Positions 16,894 through 18,456 of a stretch of DNA of 18,456 bases are shown one piece after another (the stretch's first letter is position 1; the number at the start of each line of letters is the position of its first letter). Both the position numbers and the translations under genes were made by a program. Origin of the DNA: a candidate division FCPU426 bacterium (lineage in GTDB: Bacteria; Oederibacteriota; JAAXVQ01; JAUVAV01); contig DAOWGI010000060.1 in assembly GCA_030637655.1 (NCBI GenBank), positions 1-18,456 of the forward strand. Direction: 5' to 3'. The notes beneath the pieces were generated by a model, which was not told the DNA's origin, did no database searches, and saw only the letters and a list, made by a program, of their open reading frames with translations.

Positions 16894-18456
16894 TTACTTC
16901 CCTTTCTTCGCTTTGGGCCTATTTTTTTTCGCCCGGCTTTTCTTTGGTTGTTTATAATTCCCGGCAGCTTTTATAAAATCCTTAAAAAGCGGATGCGCGG
17001 CAGTTGGTTTGGACTTAAATTCCGGATGAAACTGGGTGGCCACAAACCAGGGATGATCCGTGATTTCCAGCATTTCAACCAGACTGCCGTCCGGCGACAA
17101 ACCTGAGAAGACCATACCTAATTTCCCAAAAGCTTCCCGGAATTGGTTGTTTACTTCGTAGCGATGGCGATGACGTTCAAAAATAATTTTTTCTCCATAG
17201 GCTTTGGCGGATATGGTCTTGGAAATCAATCTGCAGGGATATGCCCCTAAGCGCATAGTTCCGCCCAGATCCTTGATACCTTGCTGCTCAGTGAGCAATG
17301 AAATAACCGGATATGGGGTTTGATCATCCATCTCCGTGGAATGTGCCTTTTTTAGGCCAACGACATTACGCGCAAATTCCACCATGGCACAATGCAGACC
17401 AATACAAACCCCAAAAAAGGGGATCTTATTTTGCCGGGCATACTTAACTGCCATGATCTTCCCTTCAATCCCACGGCTGCCAAATCCTCCTGGAACCAAA
17501 ATGCCTTGACAGCTTTTAAGTTGGGCTAAAGTTTCGGCCTGCCGGCCGGAAATTTGATCGGCATCCAACCAAGCAATTTCAACTGCTGCACGATTGGCAA
17601 AACCACCATGCGTAAGAGCTTCTTTAATACTTTTATAGGCATCCTGGACAGCTATATATTTTCCCACCACACCGATTTTTATTGTCCGCGGCGGACTGGC
17701 AGCTAAATCAACAATGCGTTTCCAGCGTTCCATTTTTGGCGGTCTGGATTTCAGCCCCATTTTTTTTAAAGCAATTTCATCAAATTTCTCTTTTTGGAAC
17801 ATCAGCGGAACTTGATAAATCGTCTTTACATCAATGGCTTGGATAACCGAATCCGTGCCGACATTACAGAAGAGAGATATCTTGCTTTTCATCTCCGCGG
17901 TCAATGGCTGTTCGGTACGGCAAACAATAATATCCGGTTGTATCCCAATAGAAAGCATTTGCGAGACTGAATGCTGAGTGGGCTTGGTTTTCAATTCGCC
18001 GGCAGCACGGATATACGGAACCAAAGTCAGATGAATATTAAGAGCATTCTCTTTGCCTACTTCCAGGCGAAATTGCCGAATAGCTTCCAAAAACGGCAAA
18101 CTCTCAATATCACCAATCGTACCGCCAATTTCGATGATCGCAATATCCACATTTTTTTGCTGCGCCACTTTGCGCATACGATCTTTGATTTCATTGGTGA
18201 TATGAGGCACCACCTGTACGGTTTTGCCCAGGTAATCACCGCGCCGTTCTTTCTTGATAACAGCATCGTATATTTTGCCGGTAGTTACATTACTGCGTTT
18301 GGTTATTTCGGCATTGGTGAAACGTTCGTAATGACCCAGATCCAAATCCGTTTCAGCGCCATCTTCAGTCACATACACCTCGCCGTGCTGAAACGGACTC
18401 ATAGTCCCGGGATCCACATTGATGTAAGGATCAAATTTGGCCATAGTAATTTTAAG
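16894..18456 (-). CDS. pyrG: CTP synthase, 5'-truncated by the window edge
   Basis: KFDPYINVDPGTMSPFQHGEV, KTKPTQHSV, PGGFG, ERHRHRYE and QFHPEF. The frame is open to the window end (LKITMAKFDP). Confidence 0.99.
   Translation of the reverse strand, partial: LKITMAKFDPYINVDPGTMSPFQHGEVYVTEDGAETDLDLGHYERFTNAEITKRSNVTTGKIYDAVIKKERRGDYLGKTVQVVPHITNEIKDRMRKVAQQKNVDIAIIEIGGTIGDIESLPFLEAIRQFRLEVGKENALNIHLTLVPYIRAAGELKTKPTQHSVSQMLSIGIQPDIIVCRTEQPLTAEMKSKISLFCNVGTDSVIQAIDVKTIYQVPLMFQKEKFDEIALKKMGLKSRPPKMERWKRIVDLAASPPRTIKIGVVGKYIAVQDAYKSIKEALTHGGFANRAAVEIAWLDADQISGRQAETLAQLKSCQGILVPGGFGSRGIEGKIMAVKYARQNKIPFFGVCIGLHCAMVEFARNVVGLKKAHSTEMDDQTPYPVISLLTEQQGIKDLGGTMRLGAYPCRLISKTISAKAYGEKIIFERHRHRYEVNNQFREAFGKLGMVFSGLSPDGSLVEMLEITDHPWFVATQFHPEFKSKPTAAHPLFKDFIKAAGNYKQPKKSRAKKNRPKAKKGK

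Noticed and set aside
790-18266. Numerous short antisense or out-of-frame ORFs in the track (e.g. 873..1451, 6090..6665, 7232..7735, 12166..12564)
   Set aside because: They are shadows of well-supported genes and have no motifs or independent expression signals.

Overview
The window is mostly housekeeping genes from a probably diderm bacterium (kdsA is present). Minus strand: glmM-pdxJ-glmS-yjbQ; ahcY; queC; mnmG with a TIGR01212 (YtqA/MnmL-like) radical SAM gene; PilZ-rsmB; and pyrG (partial)-kdsA-RNase HI. Plus strand: two proteins with Thr/Pro-rich linkers and a T9SS-type-A-like C-terminal tail (one truncated by the window edge), a small zincin-like protein and a signal-peptide-bearing pcm. 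The unexplained structure lies between genes. (i) Two 150-bp copies, 147/150 identical and inverted, bracket ahcY. (ii) Two unrelated palindromic cores (13424-13560 and 15424-15652) share a 13-bp terminal motif, GTAnyAkGTCAGT, in inverted pairs. (iii) A GTAG-type REP and a multi-hairpin region at 499-615 are also present. I found no transposase, recombinase, CRISPR array, tRNA or rRNA. All calls come from reading the sequence by eye; no searches were run.
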